Assembly (NCBI GenBank): GCA_030748775.1
Contig: JASMLH010000002.1
Span: forward strand, 13,732 to 77,731
From: Candidatus Thalassarchaeaceae archaeon
GTDB lineage: Archaea; Thermoplasmatota; Poseidoniia; Poseidoniales; Thalassarchaeaceae
DNA: 64,000 nt
Direction of reading: 5' to 3'
Shown: piece after piece, positions 45,205-54,551 of the stretch
Layout: the number at the start of each line of letters is the position of its first letter
Position numbering within the stretch: the stretch's first letter is position 1
Notes under the pieces: generated by a model
What the model was told of the DNA's origin: nothing
The model's database searches: none
What the model saw: only the letters and a program-made list of their open reading frames with translations
Position numbers and translations under genes: made by a program

Positions 45205-45626
45205 GCAAGGAATACCCAAGATTCGATCCTGAAAGGGATCAAGAATGGAGGGCCCGACTGACTGAACTGCAGTATCACGTAACGAGGGAATCAGGAACAG
45301 AGAGGCCGAACTCTGGAACATACTACATGGAGGACAGGATGGGGGATTACCACTGCATATGCTGCGGGCATCTCCTGTTCACATCCGAGATGAAGTACCA
45401 TTCTAGTTGCGGCTGGCCGGCATTCCACACAGAGCACCGCGATGCCGGAATTCGTAGACTTGAGGATAGGGCCTTCGGAATGCTCAGGATAGAGGTGAGA
45501 TGCGGCTCGTGCGACGCACATCTGGGTCACGTGTTCGACGACGGGCCGCAGGAGTCCGGAGGGGAAAGATACTGCATAAATTCGGCTAGCATGGATTTTA
45601 CCAGGAGTGATAACAATGACAACTAG
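45201..45626 (+). CDS. msrB: Peptide-methionine (R)-S-oxide reductase MsrB
   Basis: YHVTRESGTERP, CICCG...GWPAF, CGSCDAHLGHVFDDGP, and RYCINS. ATG 45201 overlaps the queC stop (ATGA). The ORF track starts at 45144. Confidence 0.9.
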   Translation: MSKEYPRFDPERDQEWRARLTELQYHVTRESGTERPNSGTYYMEDRMGDYHCICCGHLLFTSEMKYHSSCGWPAFHTEHRDAGIRRLEDRAFGMLRIEVRCGSCDAHLGHVFDDGPQESGGERYCINSASMDFTRSDNNDN

Positions 45627-46062
45627 GATACGCCGATGGGTCGAGACCGATACTGGTCATAGGGTCCCAAACCACAAGAGCAAGTGCAGGCACATCCACG
45701 GTCACAGGTACAGGTGGGAAGCCGAGCTTGAGGGCGAGATTGTCACCGAAAGAGGGGTTTCCGAGGAGGGCATGCTAATGGACTTCTCTGACATCACCAA
45801 GATTCTGGTGGAGCACATACATGATGTCGTAGACCACGCATTTGTGGTCTTTGAGGAGGACATGGAGGCGAGGGAGGCGCTCTCGATGATGGGTGATGGC
45901 CACAGAACAGTTGTGGTGCCATTCATTCCCACTGCTGAGAACCTTGCGAAGTGGGCCTTCGAGCAGGTGGAGCCTCACATCAGGTCGTCATACGGAAACT
46001 CACTGAGTTTGAGGGCATTCCACGTGAGAGAAACACCCAAATCATGGGCCAGTTGGTCATAG
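45616..46062 (+). CDS. queD: 6-carboxy-5,6,7,8-tetrahydropterin synthase
   Basis: CRHIHGHRY (CxxxHGH motif), with PTPS-fold length. ATG 45616 has AGGAG 8 nt upstream and overlaps the msrB end by 11 nt. Confidence 0.85.
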   Translation: MTTRIRRWVETDTGHRVPNHKSKCRHIHGHRYRWEAELEGEIVTERGVSEEGMLMDFSDITKILVEHIHDVVDHAFVVFEEDMEAREALSMMGDGHRTVVVPFIPTAENLAKWAFEQVEPHIRSSYGNSLSLRAFHVRETPKSWASWS

Positions 46063-46071
46063 ATCCGATTT

Positions 46072-46836
46072 TCACTCAAAGGAATCTGCAGATTCCGAAA
46101 TAACCCCAATTATTCTGTGAATCTCATCGTCTTTTGGAAGACCTCTGAGTATCACCCTGAGAAGTGTCTCCTCAATCCCCTTACGCTTGTGGTCCTTGGT
46201 GGGCATAGCCTCAACCAGCCTCCTGACCTCGATCCTCAGCTTGTCCCGTAGATTCGGGTCAAGCAGCCTTCCTCCAGTGCCGCCTGGCTTGGAAGATACC
46301 GAGTTCACGTACCAAGAGAAGCAGATAATGGATACAGCATGACTCAGGTTGAGTATCGGATAACCCTCCCATGAAGGGATCGTCACGAGCAGGTCACACT
46401 TTGAAAGCTGCTCATTCAATAGGCCCTTGCCCTCGGGGCCGAACACGATAGCGACCCTGCCACCGACTCCGGATAGCCTATCTGGAAGCTCCTCGGGTAG
46501 GAGGAAATGCCTCATCGAAGTCTTGTCGCCATCCTCCCTCTTACCGGAGGTCCCTATCACTATGGAGCAGTCTGAAACCGCCTCCTCAATGGTCTCCACC
46601 TTTTTGGATGAGTCAAGCACCTCCTGGGCGTTCTTTGCCCTCCTCCGAGCCTCCTCGGACCATTCTCCTGACCTTCCCACTACCCTCAGGTCTATGATGC
46701 CGAAGTTGAGCATGGAACGTGCAACTGCACCGATGTTCCCATCGTGCTCGGGATCCACTAGAACAACACAAACGTTCTCGGAGAAAGAAGGAAGAGCACG
46801 TTCTCTCCTGTCACCCATGTAATCGCGAGACCACAC
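46072..46836 (-). CDS. SpoU/TrmH-family RNA 2'-O-methyltransferase (TrmJ-like)
   Basis: 254 aa. VVLVDPEHDGNIGAVARSMLNFG and the C-terminal knot region IPSWEGYPILNLSHAVSI are typical of the SPOUT TrmJ/TrmH group. Confidence 0.7.
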   Translation of the reverse strand: MWSRDYMGDRRERALPSFSENVCVVLVDPEHDGNIGAVARSMLNFGIIDLRVVGRSGEWSEEARRRAKNAQEVLDSSKKVETIEEAVSDCSIVIGTSGKREDGDKTSMRHFLLPEELPDRLSGVGGRVAIVFGPEGKGLLNEQLSKCDLLVTIPSWEGYPILNLSHAVSIICFSWYVNSVSSKPGGTGGRLLDPNLRDKLRIEVRRLVEAMPTKDHKRKGIEETLLRVILRGLPKDDEIHRIIGVISESADSFE

Positions 46837-46854
46837 TAGATGATGAGTGGTGCG

Positions 46855-47046
46855 CTAGTCAACCCTGCGCTGCTTGTACCGTGTGATGTAACCGGCTATC
46901 CAGTTCCTCATTCGCTTGTTGTCAACGTCCGAGAACTCAGAAACAAGGTGCTTGTTAGTCTCGAAGTCATCAGTGAACTGGTCCGGATATGTTTCCACTA
47001 GCCTAAGGGCCCTAGTCTTGATGAATGAAGGTCTGATGTTGCCCAT
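46855..47046 (-). CDS. rps17e: Ribosomal protein eS17 (S17e)
   Basis: 63 aa. [32 protein letters not shown] is canonical S17e. Confidence 0.92.
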   Translation of the reverse strand: MGNIRPSFIKTRALRLVETYPDQFTDDFETNKHLVSEFSDVDNKRMRNWIAGYITRYKQRRVD

Positions 47047-47048
47047 CG

Positions 47049-47312
47049 TTAGTCCTCCAGTAGCTTGACTTCCAGCGGGAAGCCCTCCTCACGGGTGCAG
47101 ACTACCCTGATCTTACGTGGCGGGTGCTGCATGCCCCTTGACCATATGGCGTGATTGACGGACTCGTCTATCCAGATTTCCTCGTCATCAGTCTTCTTCA
47201 TGTGCTGGGCGACGTGATTCTTGACCTCTGCCATTGCCCTTTTGGCCCTGTTTGTTCGGGGTACGCTCCACGCTGCACGGAGCGGGATGGTCATCTCCTT
47301 TGTCTCAGCCAT
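47049..47312 (-). CDS. rpl31e: Ribosomal protein eL31 (L31e)
   Basis: 87 aa. TIPLRAAW...[18 protein letters not shown]...[15 protein letters not shown] matches L31e. Confidence 0.9.
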   Translation of the reverse strand: MAETKEMTIPLRAAWSVPRTNRAKRAMAEVKNHVAQHMKKTDDEEIWIDESVNHAIWSRGMQHPPRKIRVVCTREEGFPLEVKLLED

Positions 47313-47316
47313 CCAA

Positions 47317-47472
47317 TCACCTCTGTAGCTTCGAGCGTCTCCACATGTGTCGCTTCGGATGAGTGTTTGTCCTGCGATTTGTCTTCATGACAACCCAAAC
47401 GGGTACTCGCTTGTTCTGCTTGGTAACCTTGTTCAGGCGCTGCTTCTTAGCAAAGGGCTTGTTTCTAGCCAT
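47317..47472 (-). CDS. rpl39e: Ribosomal protein eL39 (L39e)
   Basis: Not in the ORF track (51 aa). Hand translation: [51 protein letters not shown], canonical L39e. Sits 1 nt after the rps19e stop. Confidence 0.92.
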   Translation of the reverse strand: MARNKPFAKKQRLNKVTKQNKRVPVWVVMKTNRRTNTHPKRHMWRRSKLQR

Positions 47473-47473
47473 A

Positions 47474-47944
47474 CTAGTACCCCTTCAATCCCGGATATTT
47501 CTCCTCAGCTTCGGAGCGTACAGAGTGTGCCACTTCGTCTAGGAGGCTCTGTCCCTTAGGACTGACAATCTTGCCACGATTCACGGTGCCGGCAGTGTTC
47601 ATCGAATCTATTACCAATCCTGAGTCTGATAGCTGCTGCAGAATCTTACGAGAAATATTCCTGGATCCAGCGACAGCCTTGTTCTTCTTAACGCCCCTAT
47701 CCTTTACGCCACCGTACTCCTGTGAAATTCTGTTTGCTCCTATGGGGCCCTTAACTGCGACTTTACGCAGTATCGCAGCTGCTCTGGTAAGCCACCAGTC
47801 AGCTTGCACAGGGGGTCTTTCCCTGTGAGTACCTGTCTTGACGTGTTCCGCCCAGTCTGGGGGGGATATCTTGCTCTCGCCACGCATCTTCTCGGTGAGA
47901 CCCGCAATTAGTAGGTCAGCTGGAACATCGTAGTACGTGGTCAT
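47474..47944 (-). CDS. rps19e: Ribosomal protein eS19 (S19e)
   Basis: [15 protein letters not shown]...[18 protein letters not shown]...[13 protein letters not shown]. Start taken at MTTYYDVP (ATG 47944). The ORF track extends to 48028. Confidence 0.9.
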   Translation of the reverse strand: MTTYYDVPADLLIAGLTEKMRGESKISPPDWAEHVKTGTHRERPPVQADWWLTRAAAILRKVAVKGPIGANRISQEYGGVKDRGVKKNKAVAGSRNISRKILQQLSDSGLVIDSMNTAGTVNRGKIVSPKGQSLLDEVAHSVRSEAEEKYPGLKGY

Positions 47945-48070
47945 TCGGTCACCGTCCGGCCGCCCGTCCGACAGACCATATATAACCGTAATGACACGGT
48001 TTTTGTATGGCCGATCGATATCAAGCACCTCACGAAAAGCATTGAAAAAACTCGGGCCACTCCGGAATAC

Positions 48071-48871
48071 GTGAAGCGCTCTCTATCGAAGAATCCGAAC
48101 ATGCTGCGTACAATGGTTGGTACGGGCATGACGTTGATTCTGTTACTATCCTTCGCAGTATACTCGAATACAGTAGATTCAGAGTATTATGGATACACGA
48201 CCAGCAACGAGACGCTTCATATGGACCTAAATGTCGAGGAAGAGGGCACTGCTCAATGGTACTACACTACTGATGCTGCGATAACGTGGATCAACGTTTC
48301 AATAGAAGGAGCACCTCCTGACTCTTTGCTAACAGTTGAGGCAGAAGGAACAAACTGGTCCCATTCTCCAAGCCTTGGCCTGGATGACTCTGCATACATA
48401 TGCAATGAGCCTGAGAGTGACTATTCGTCGATAATTGAGACATGCGAATTCAGTCGGGTGCACACGATGGTGCTGGAAAACGGATCCGGAGTTCTGCGGG
48501 GGCGGGTTTCCCTGGATCTTCCGATTAGAGGGAAGGGGTACCTTGAGAGTGACAATCAAGAAAACGCCGAGATCGAGGCCAGGAGCCTCATTAATAGAGA
48601 GACACATATCGTTACGTGGAAGATCAAGATCGAGTCGGGTGGTGGAATTGCCTCTAGCGCTGATGTTCAGGTATCAGCATTGGTAGCTACTCACGAGTTC
48701 GTCTCAATCGAGCATTTCGAATTGGAGCCAGTGCAGGAAACTGTATACAGTATTGCTGCACTGGTCGGATGCTTCTTTCTTGCACTAGTAATCCCCCTCA
48801 TGATATACTTCTCTGCCACATACAGGGAGAGGAGGGACGAATCCCTCAGATCGAAAATTGAAGAAGAGTAG
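48071..48871 (+). CDS. Hypothetical type-I membrane/surface protein
   Basis: 266-aa ORF. N-terminal anchor GMTLILLLSFAVY (ATG 48101 is an alternative start). C-terminal TM IAALVGCFFLALVIPLMIYF plus a charged tail. Confidence 0.5.
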   Translation: MKRSLSKNPNMLRTMVGTGMTLILLLSFAVYSNTVDSEYYGYTTSNETLHMDLNVEEEGTAQWYYTTDAAITWINVSIEGAPPDSLLTVEAEGTNWSHSPSLGLDDSAYICNEPESDYSSIIETCEFSRVHTMVLENGSGVLRGRVSLDLPIRGKGYLESDNQENAEIEARSLINRETHIVTWKIKIESGGGIASSADVQVSALVATHEFVSIEHFELEPVQETVYSIAALVGCFFLALVIPLMIYFSATYRERRDESLRSKIEEE

Positions 48872-48877
48872 ACTATG

Positions 48878-49240
48878 CTATTCCGAGGGCCCCGTGTCCC
48901 AGTCAACAAGATTACTTGTGTCCAATATCCTAGCATATCCCAATTCGACAAAATTACCAATCGAAGCAATCACCCTCTCAGATACTGGAGCCACCTTCTC
49001 TGCGAATAGCCGGTCCATTTCTATGATGATGTTTCCCAGGGTATTGTCACCATTCATCAATAGCCATAGTGTAGAGTTCATCTCGTCCAATGGCCTATTG
49101 ACGGTCATCGGAGCACGTAGAATCCTAGCAATAGCAGCCTCCAGCCGCCCAAGGCGCTTTTCCGAATTTATCACTACTTTACCGCTATCATCAACATTCC
49201 ATCTTACTGGGCATCTGGTGGGAAAAGACTCTGAAATCAA
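48878..49240 (-). CDS. PqqD-family (RRE-like) small protein, tentative
   Basis: 120 aa with a TTG start 4 nt after the upstream stop. LDEMNSTLWLLMNGDNTLGNIIIEMDRLF...VSERVIASIGNFVELGYARIL resembles the PqqD pattern (LNxxxxxIWxLxDGxxTxxEI...VxxFLxxLxxxGxI). Confidence 0.45.
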   Translation of the reverse strand: MISESFPTRCPVRWNVDDSGKVVINSEKRLGRLEAAIARILRAPMTVNRPLDEMNSTLWLLMNGDNTLGNIIIEMDRLFAEKVAPVSERVIASIGNFVELGYARILDTSNLVDWDTGPSE

Positions 49241-49244
49241 AGAA

Positions 49245-49424
49245 TCACATCCTTAGGATAGTTGAGAATAGCCAAAAGGAAGATGTTACGCCAACAATGG
49301 CCCAGAACCTGACCTTGAAATCACTCGAATTAGTGTTAGAGCTCCACCATGTCATTAGTCCACAAAACGACATCATAGCAAGTGCGTATGCGCCATCGGT
49401 CGGTAAGACTTCAGACACTGTCAT
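49245..49424 (-). CDS. Small two-TM membrane protein (59 aa)
   Basis: Not in the ORF track. ATG 49424 overlaps the flavoprotein stop (ATGA). Hand translation: MTVSEVLPTDGAYALAMMSFCGLMTWWSSNTNSSDFKVRFWAIVGVTSSFWLFSTILRM. Confidence 0.45.
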   Translation of the reverse strand: MTVSEVLPTDGAYALAMMSFCGLMTWWSSNTNSSDFKVRFWAIVGVTSSFWLFSTILRM

Positions 49425-49966
49425 CCCCTGAGTTTCTGAGTACTGTCTACGAGAGATTTGGCCATAGAGCTCATTCTCTCACGCAGCTCTTCGCTGAGTA
49501 GGGCTCCATCCTCGTGGAAGGCAGTCTTCACATTAGGAACGGCCACCTGCTCAGGCGTTACCCACCCATGAATCCATCTAGCCGCGATTCTCATGTGATT
49601 GAGTGTGTTGTTGCTAGCCTTGCCACCCAAGGTGCTCATCAATGAAAACACCTTACCGGATGTATGCTTGGAATATAGCCAGTCGAGGCTGTTCTTCATT
49701 ACGCCGCTCATAGTTCCGTGGTATTCGGGGCTGGAAAGGACGAATGCATCGGCAGATGTGGCCAACTCCTGGAATGCTTTGACGTTCTCGTTATCCCAAC
49801 TGCCCTCGGCACCGACGAGGGGTAGAGGATTGGCTCCATGATCCCAAACTACGGTATCAGCACCCATCTCCTCGCATTCCTCAAGTATTATCTCCAACAG
49901 CCTACCATTGGCAGAGTCGAGGTCATAGCTTCCACATATTCCCATAATTAGCATTGGTTCGCCCAC
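49421..49966 (-). CDS. NAD(P)H-dependent FMN reductase-family flavoprotein
   Basis: 181 aa. ICGSYD...ANGRLL and SPEYHGTMSGVMKNSLDWL are typical of the FMN_red family. Confidence 0.75.
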   Translation of the reverse strand: MGEPMLIMGICGSYDLDSANGRLLEIILEECEEMGADTVVWDHGANPLPLVGAEGSWDNENVKAFQELATSADAFVLSSPEYHGTMSGVMKNSLDWLYSKHTSGKVFSLMSTLGGKASNNTLNHMRIAARWIHGWVTPEQVAVPNVKTAFHEDGALLSEELRERMSSMAKSLVDSTQKLRG

Positions 49967-49996
49967 GGCCCTTCGAAGGGGTGCCTGACTTCAATT

Positions 49997-51232
49997 ATGC
50001 CATTGGTCAATGCTCGAGAATGCTTATCCATTCATGTATTCGCGATTGAATCGATGGGAACAGACGGGTTAGCCGATGCATTGGCTGAGGCAAGGCAGAT
50101 CGCTGAGGGGGGCGCCGCATCCACTGCAATTGGACGTTATCACTCAATCTTGGAAACATCACCTGAGAGTGCAACAGCATGGTACTGCCTTGGCGTGCTT
50201 TACTCACAAACGGGAGACACTAGTATGGCAATAGAGTCCTTCGAAAACTCCGATAGAATATTCCCTAACCATGGTGCCACGATTTCGAATCTAGCATTCC
50301 TTCTCCAATCAACCGATCCTATACGTGCCCGGGAATACGCAGTATCAGCATTGGTTCAGTATCCCGATGATCAACGGCTAAGGGATATTTCTCAATCACC
50401 AGAGACTGAAGACATCGAAAACAAACCTGTATTCATAGAATCCCGCCCAATAGAGCCTGAAACCGATTATGCCGATTCTACAAATTCATACTCATTCGAA
50501 TCTAGAGAGGATGAAGCCAGGTCACTGACCGAAACAGGAGATCACGCCGGGGCAGTCGCGATATGGAAGGGAATCATGTCAAACTCGACAGATTCACCCG
50601 AGGTCTGGCGCGGTCTCGCTGATGCATTGCTTGCTGCTGGGTATCCGGACAGATATGAGCAGTGCAATAGGCGTGCCGAGGCACTTGAAGAAAAACTCAG
50701 GGGCAGTCAGGATGAATTGGCACCCATTGATGAAATGGAATCAATGAGTCTAATTGAGGCTGTAGAGAACGTCAAGCAAAGCTCGGTTGATGTTCTTGAG
50801 GATGAGAGAGGCGATATTGACCAGGCAATCAGCTGGTTCAATATGGGAACAAACCTACTTAATGAAGGGAAAAACGACGAAGCACTGACATGCTTCGAGA
50901 AAGCAATAGGGGGTTGTCCTAAAGACGAGAACGAGATACGAATGAAGGCCCAGAATGGTCGAGGAAATGCCCTTTTCAATGCAGGTAGGTATGCTGAGAG
51001 CGTGGTTGCTTATCATACGGCGATTGGCATGGATCCATCAAATGTCTCCGGAAGGACGCTTTTCAATATGGGTTCTTCATATGCTGCAGTTGAGATGTAC
51101 GATGATGCGATAAAGTGCTTCAATCAAGCCATCGGGCGAGGTATGGAAAAGTCTGAACTAGAGCTATGCGAAAAGCAGATCAGCAGATGCCGGCTATTGT
51201 CAAGAGAACAAGCGAAGCGACAATCAAGGTAA
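49997..51232 (+). CDS. TPR-repeat protein
   Basis: 411 aa. Repeated A-x-x-x-(Y/F)-x-x-A-(I/L)-x-x-x-P patterns, for example AWYCLGVLYSQTGDTSMAIESFENSDRIFPNH and YAESVVAYHTAIGMDPSN. Confidence 0.7.
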   Translation: MPLVNARECLSIHVFAIESMGTDGLADALAEARQIAEGGAASTAIGRYHSILETSPESATAWYCLGVLYSQTGDTSMAIESFENSDRIFPNHGATISNLAFLLQSTDPIRAREYAVSALVQYPDDQRLRDISQSPETEDIENKPVFIESRPIEPETDYADSTNSYSFESREDEARSLTETGDHAGAVAIWKGIMSNSTDSPEVWRGLADALLAAGYPDRYEQCNRRAEALEEKLRGSQDELAPIDEMESMSLIEAVENVKQSSVDVLEDERGDIDQAISWFNMGTNLLNEGKNDEALTCFEKAIGGCPKDENEIRMKAQNGRGNALFNAGRYAESVVAYHTAIGMDPSNVSGRTLFNMGSSYAAVEMYDDAIKCFNQAIGRGMEKSELELCEKQISRCRLLSREQAKRQSR

Positions 51233-51233
51233 C

Positions 51234-53558
51234 CTAATTAGACTTAGAAATCGATACTAGAACGGACTTACTAGTTGGGGTGTTGCTCAGGTCGGCCACA
51301 CTCTCAAGAGGTATCAGCTCATTAGACTCTGGGAAATATGTAGCCACGTTCCCAGGGGGTATATCGTAAGGAACAATGTACCATTTATCTGAAGATAATT
51401 GCTTGCCTTCGTAGTGAGAAGAAATATTGACAACTTGCAATTTTTCCCAACCGTTTTCCTCCATGTCGGTCTTGTTCACAAGCACAACACGCCTTCCGCC
51501 CTTCACCCCCCTGTACCTATCATCCAATCCGTAGATTGTAGTGTTGTACTGGTCATGCGATCTTATTGACATCATCACGAATTTTCCATCATCAGATGAA
51601 ATTGAAGACATGGGATTGACAATGAAATTCGCCTTCCCTGTGCGAGTTTGGAATTCTAACGAGTCCCTAGGGGGGTTGGGAAGGTAGAAACCACCCCTTT
51701 TCCTTGAACGCTCATTGTATGATTCGAAACCGGGAATTACAGATTCTATCTCATTTCTGATATTATCGTAGTCATTGACTAACTCCATCCATGGGATTTT
51801 CTTATGACCCGATGATTGTTTGATATGACTCCCTATTGAAGCAATAATTGCTGGCTCTGACATTAGCATGTTGCCTGCAGGACTCGACTTTCCAACTGAC
51901 ATATGCACCACTCCCATTGAGTTCTCAACTGTAACATACTGATCTCCGACGCCCGTAGAGTCTCTCTCAGTTCTACCCAGACATGGAAGAATTAGAGCCG
52001 TCTTTCCAGTAACCAGGTGGGATCTGTTGGGTTTCGTGGATACCTGTACAGTGAGCTCGCAATTCTGAAGCGCTCTGGCCGTAGCTCTAGTGTCGGACAT
52101 GGCCGACAGGAAATTTCCCCCCATCGACAAAAAAACGGTGGATTTCGACGTACTCATTCTCCTTACAGCCTCAACTGCATCACAACCAGGCTTCCTTGGA
52201 GAGTCTATACCGAATCGTTCGTCCAAAGCATCAAGAAATGAAGGACTTGGGCGGTGATTGATTCCCACAGTCCTATCTCCTTGAACATTTGAATGGCCCC
52301 TAACAGGACATAGTCCCGCGCCACTTCGGCCAATGTGCCCTCCAAGAAGGGAAACGTTTGCAATCTCCTGAATTGTTTGGACGGCATTTTTGTGTTGAGT
52401 GAGGCCCATTGCCCAACAAACAATCATAGATTTGCTTTGAGCGATCTTTTTTCCAATCCTGACGATGTCTTCTCGATGTACTCCGGATAGTGATTCAATT
52501 TCGCCCCAATCCGTTTTTCGAACAATTTCGTAGTAATCATCAAACCCTTGGGTATGATTACCAATGAATTCGCTATCAAATGCATCCTCAGAAATTACGG
52601 CCTTCGCGTAACCCCTGAATAGGGCCATGTCGCCGTTTATTCGGACATTAACGTGTTCATCTGCGATAATTGTTCCTGATCCTAGAACTTCTAGTGGTTT
52701 CTGGGGGTGTTTGAATCTGCCCATTCCTGCTTCAGTTAGGGGGTTAATGCTTACCACAGATGAACCAGCCATCTTGGCGTCTCTTAGTGCTGTAAGCATT
52801 CTGGGGTGGTTTGTACCTGGGTTCTGGCCAACTACCAATATCAGGTCAGAATGATTGAAGTCATCTAGTGTGACTGTGCCCTTCCCTATTCCGATTGACT
52901 CGGTCAACGCATGACCCGACGACTCATGACACATATTGGAACAGTCTGGAAGGTTATTCGTACCTATCGTTCTGGCTAATAGTTGCCAGAGAAATGCAGC
53001 TTCATTGCTAGTTCGCCCAGATGTGTAGAAAATGGCCTGATCCGGGTCAGATACCCCACCAAGATAGTCCCCAATCATTTCGAATGCGTCGACCCAAGAT
53101 ATTTTTTCATAGTGGTCGGATTTTTGACGGAGAACCAACGGTTGTGTGATGCGCCCCTGTTCGTTTAGCCAATGATCAGATTTCTTCGATAGTTCTGAAA
53201 CAGACCATCTTTTCCAGAAATCCGGCCCCGCCTTTCTTTTAGTAGCCTCATCAGCTACCGCCTTTGCACCGTTCTCGCAGAATTCGGCAAATGTTCTGTG
53301 CCCGTCAGGATCTGGCCATGCACAACCTGGGCAGTCGAATCCATCGAATTTATTGACGTTTCTAAGGTTGGAAATCGAACGAATAGCTCCCATTTTTCGT
53401 ATTCCATGCTTCGCTGTGGAGATTATTGCAGGCATTCCGGCTGCGACTACCTTTGGTTTTGAGGTCCTTGGAGCTGAATCCTCAGGGGGAGTAGTCGCTC
53501 TGACGCCTCGGGCCACGTTTGCTGTGGGAGTTAGCATCATTTCAATTGCTCCGTTCAT
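51234..53558 (-). CDS. Molybdopterin oxidoreductase, FdhF/YdeP-like alpha subunit
   Basis: 774 aa. The N-terminal FDGFDCPGCAWPDP cluster motif is characteristic of the YdeP/Fdh-alpha-like group. Also has the GQNPGTNHPR Mo-bisPGD domain and a C-terminal beta-barrel domain. Confidence 0.8.
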   Translation of the reverse strand: MNGAIEMMLTPTANVARGVRATTPPEDSAPRTSKPKVVAAGMPAIISTAKHGIRKMGAIRSISNLRNVNKFDGFDCPGCAWPDPDGHRTFAEFCENGAKAVADEATKRKAGPDFWKRWSVSELSKKSDHWLNEQGRITQPLVLRQKSDHYEKISWVDAFEMIGDYLGGVSDPDQAIFYTSGRTSNEAAFLWQLLARTIGTNNLPDCSNMCHESSGHALTESIGIGKGTVTLDDFNHSDLILVVGQNPGTNHPRMLTALRDAKMAGSSVVSINPLTEAGMGRFKHPQKPLEVLGSGTIIADEHVNVRINGDMALFRGYAKAVISEDAFDSEFIGNHTQGFDDYYEIVRKTDWGEIESLSGVHREDIVRIGKKIAQSKSMIVCWAMGLTQHKNAVQTIQEIANVSLLGGHIGRSGAGLCPVRGHSNVQGDRTVGINHRPSPSFLDALDERFGIDSPRKPGCDAVEAVRRMSTSKSTVFLSMGGNFLSAMSDTRATARALQNCELTVQVSTKPNRSHLVTGKTALILPCLGRTERDSTGVGDQYVTVENSMGVVHMSVGKSSPAGNMLMSEPAIIASIGSHIKQSSGHKKIPWMELVNDYDNIRNEIESVIPGFESYNERSRKRGGFYLPNPPRDSLEFQTRTGKANFIVNPMSSISSDDGKFVMMSIRSHDQYNTTIYGLDDRYRGVKGGRRVVLVNKTDMEENGWEKLQVVNISSHYEGKQLSSDKWYIVPYDIPPGNVATYFPESNELIPLESVADLSNTPTSKSVLVSISKSN

Positions 53559-54551
53559 ATGGCTTATCCCTCAAGTCCCCTACGGCATATTGTGAGTAAA
53601 GGCATTCATGTAGTAACTGGGGCATTCGGATATTCAGGTAGGTGGATTGCAAAGGAGCTCCTTGCAAGGGGCCATCGCGTTAGGACGCTAACAAACGCAA
53701 TTGGAAGGGATGACCCGTTCAATGGACGTGTCGAGGTTCACACTGTCGATTTCGACAATCATTCTGCTATGGTCAACTCACTCTCTGGCGCAGATGTATT
53801 GTACAATACATACTGGGTAAGGTACAAGGATCCGAATGGGGAGTATGCACACGATCTTGCTGTTGAGAATATCAGGAAGCTACTAGATGCAGCCAAGGAA
53901 GCAGGTGTAGGCAGGGTAGTCCATTTTTCTGTTGCCCATCCTACAAAGGCACCTGACTGGTCATATTTCAGGGGCAAGGTTCAGGTCGAGGAGATACTGA
54001 AGTCATCTGGATTATCATACGCAATACTCCGCCCAACAGTATTCTTCGGAGGTGATAGAGACGTTCTCATCAATAACATGGCATGGCTAATTCGCAGGTT
54101 TCCTGTCTTTGGCATATTTGGATGGGGAAAGTATCCAATTCAGCCAGTACACATCAGTGACGTTGCCAGGGTATCCGTAGATCAGGGTGCAAATGATGAG
54201 AACATAGTGATCGATGTTGCTGGTCCAGAGAAGTATGAGTATCGTGAATATGTAAGATTGATTGCCAAGTCGATGGGCATTCGAAGGTTAGTTTTGCCCG
54301 TACCGCCAATTGTTGCTTGGATGGTTGGCCGTGCAGTAGGCATGATATTGGACGATCGTGTAATTACGCGTGCAGAGATTAAGGGGCTTATGCAGGGACT
54401 TATGGCTACAGATGAACCTCCAACCGGACTTGTCAGTTTTGCCGATTGGATACATGAAAACGGCAATACTCTGGGAATGCGATACCAGAACGACATGAAG
54501 GAACGCCTGTACAGAGACCCCAATGGGAATTCTACTGGGCAATCCGTCTAA
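53559..54551 (+). CDS. NAD(P)-binding atypical SDR (NmrA/NDUFA9-like epimerase-dehydratase family)
   Basis: Rossmann motif VVTGAFGYSGRWIAKELLARGHRV. 330 aa. GTG 53592 is an alternative start, since ATG 53559 abuts the divergent gene (CATATG). Confidence 0.7.
   Translation: MAYPSSPLRHIVSKGIHVVTGAFGYSGRWIAKELLARGHRVRTLTNAIGRDDPFNGRVEVHTVDFDNHSAMVNSLSGADVLYNTYWVRYKDPNGEYAHDLAVENIRKLLDAAKEAGVGRVVHFSVAHPTKAPDWSYFRGKVQVEEILKSSGLSYAILRPTVFFGGDRDVLINNMAWLIRRFPVFGIFGWGKYPIQPVHISDVARVSVDQGANDENIVIDVAGPEKYEYREYVRLIAKSMGIRRLVLPVPPIVAWMVGRAVGMILDDRVITRAEIKGLMQGLMATDEPPTGLVSFADWIHENGNTLGMRYQNDMKERLYRDPNGNSTGQSV

Noticed and set aside
48858-49256. 132-aa plus-strand ORF.
   Set aside because: It is antisense to the PqqD-like gene, which has a family-like motif pattern and is translationally coupled to its upstream neighbours.
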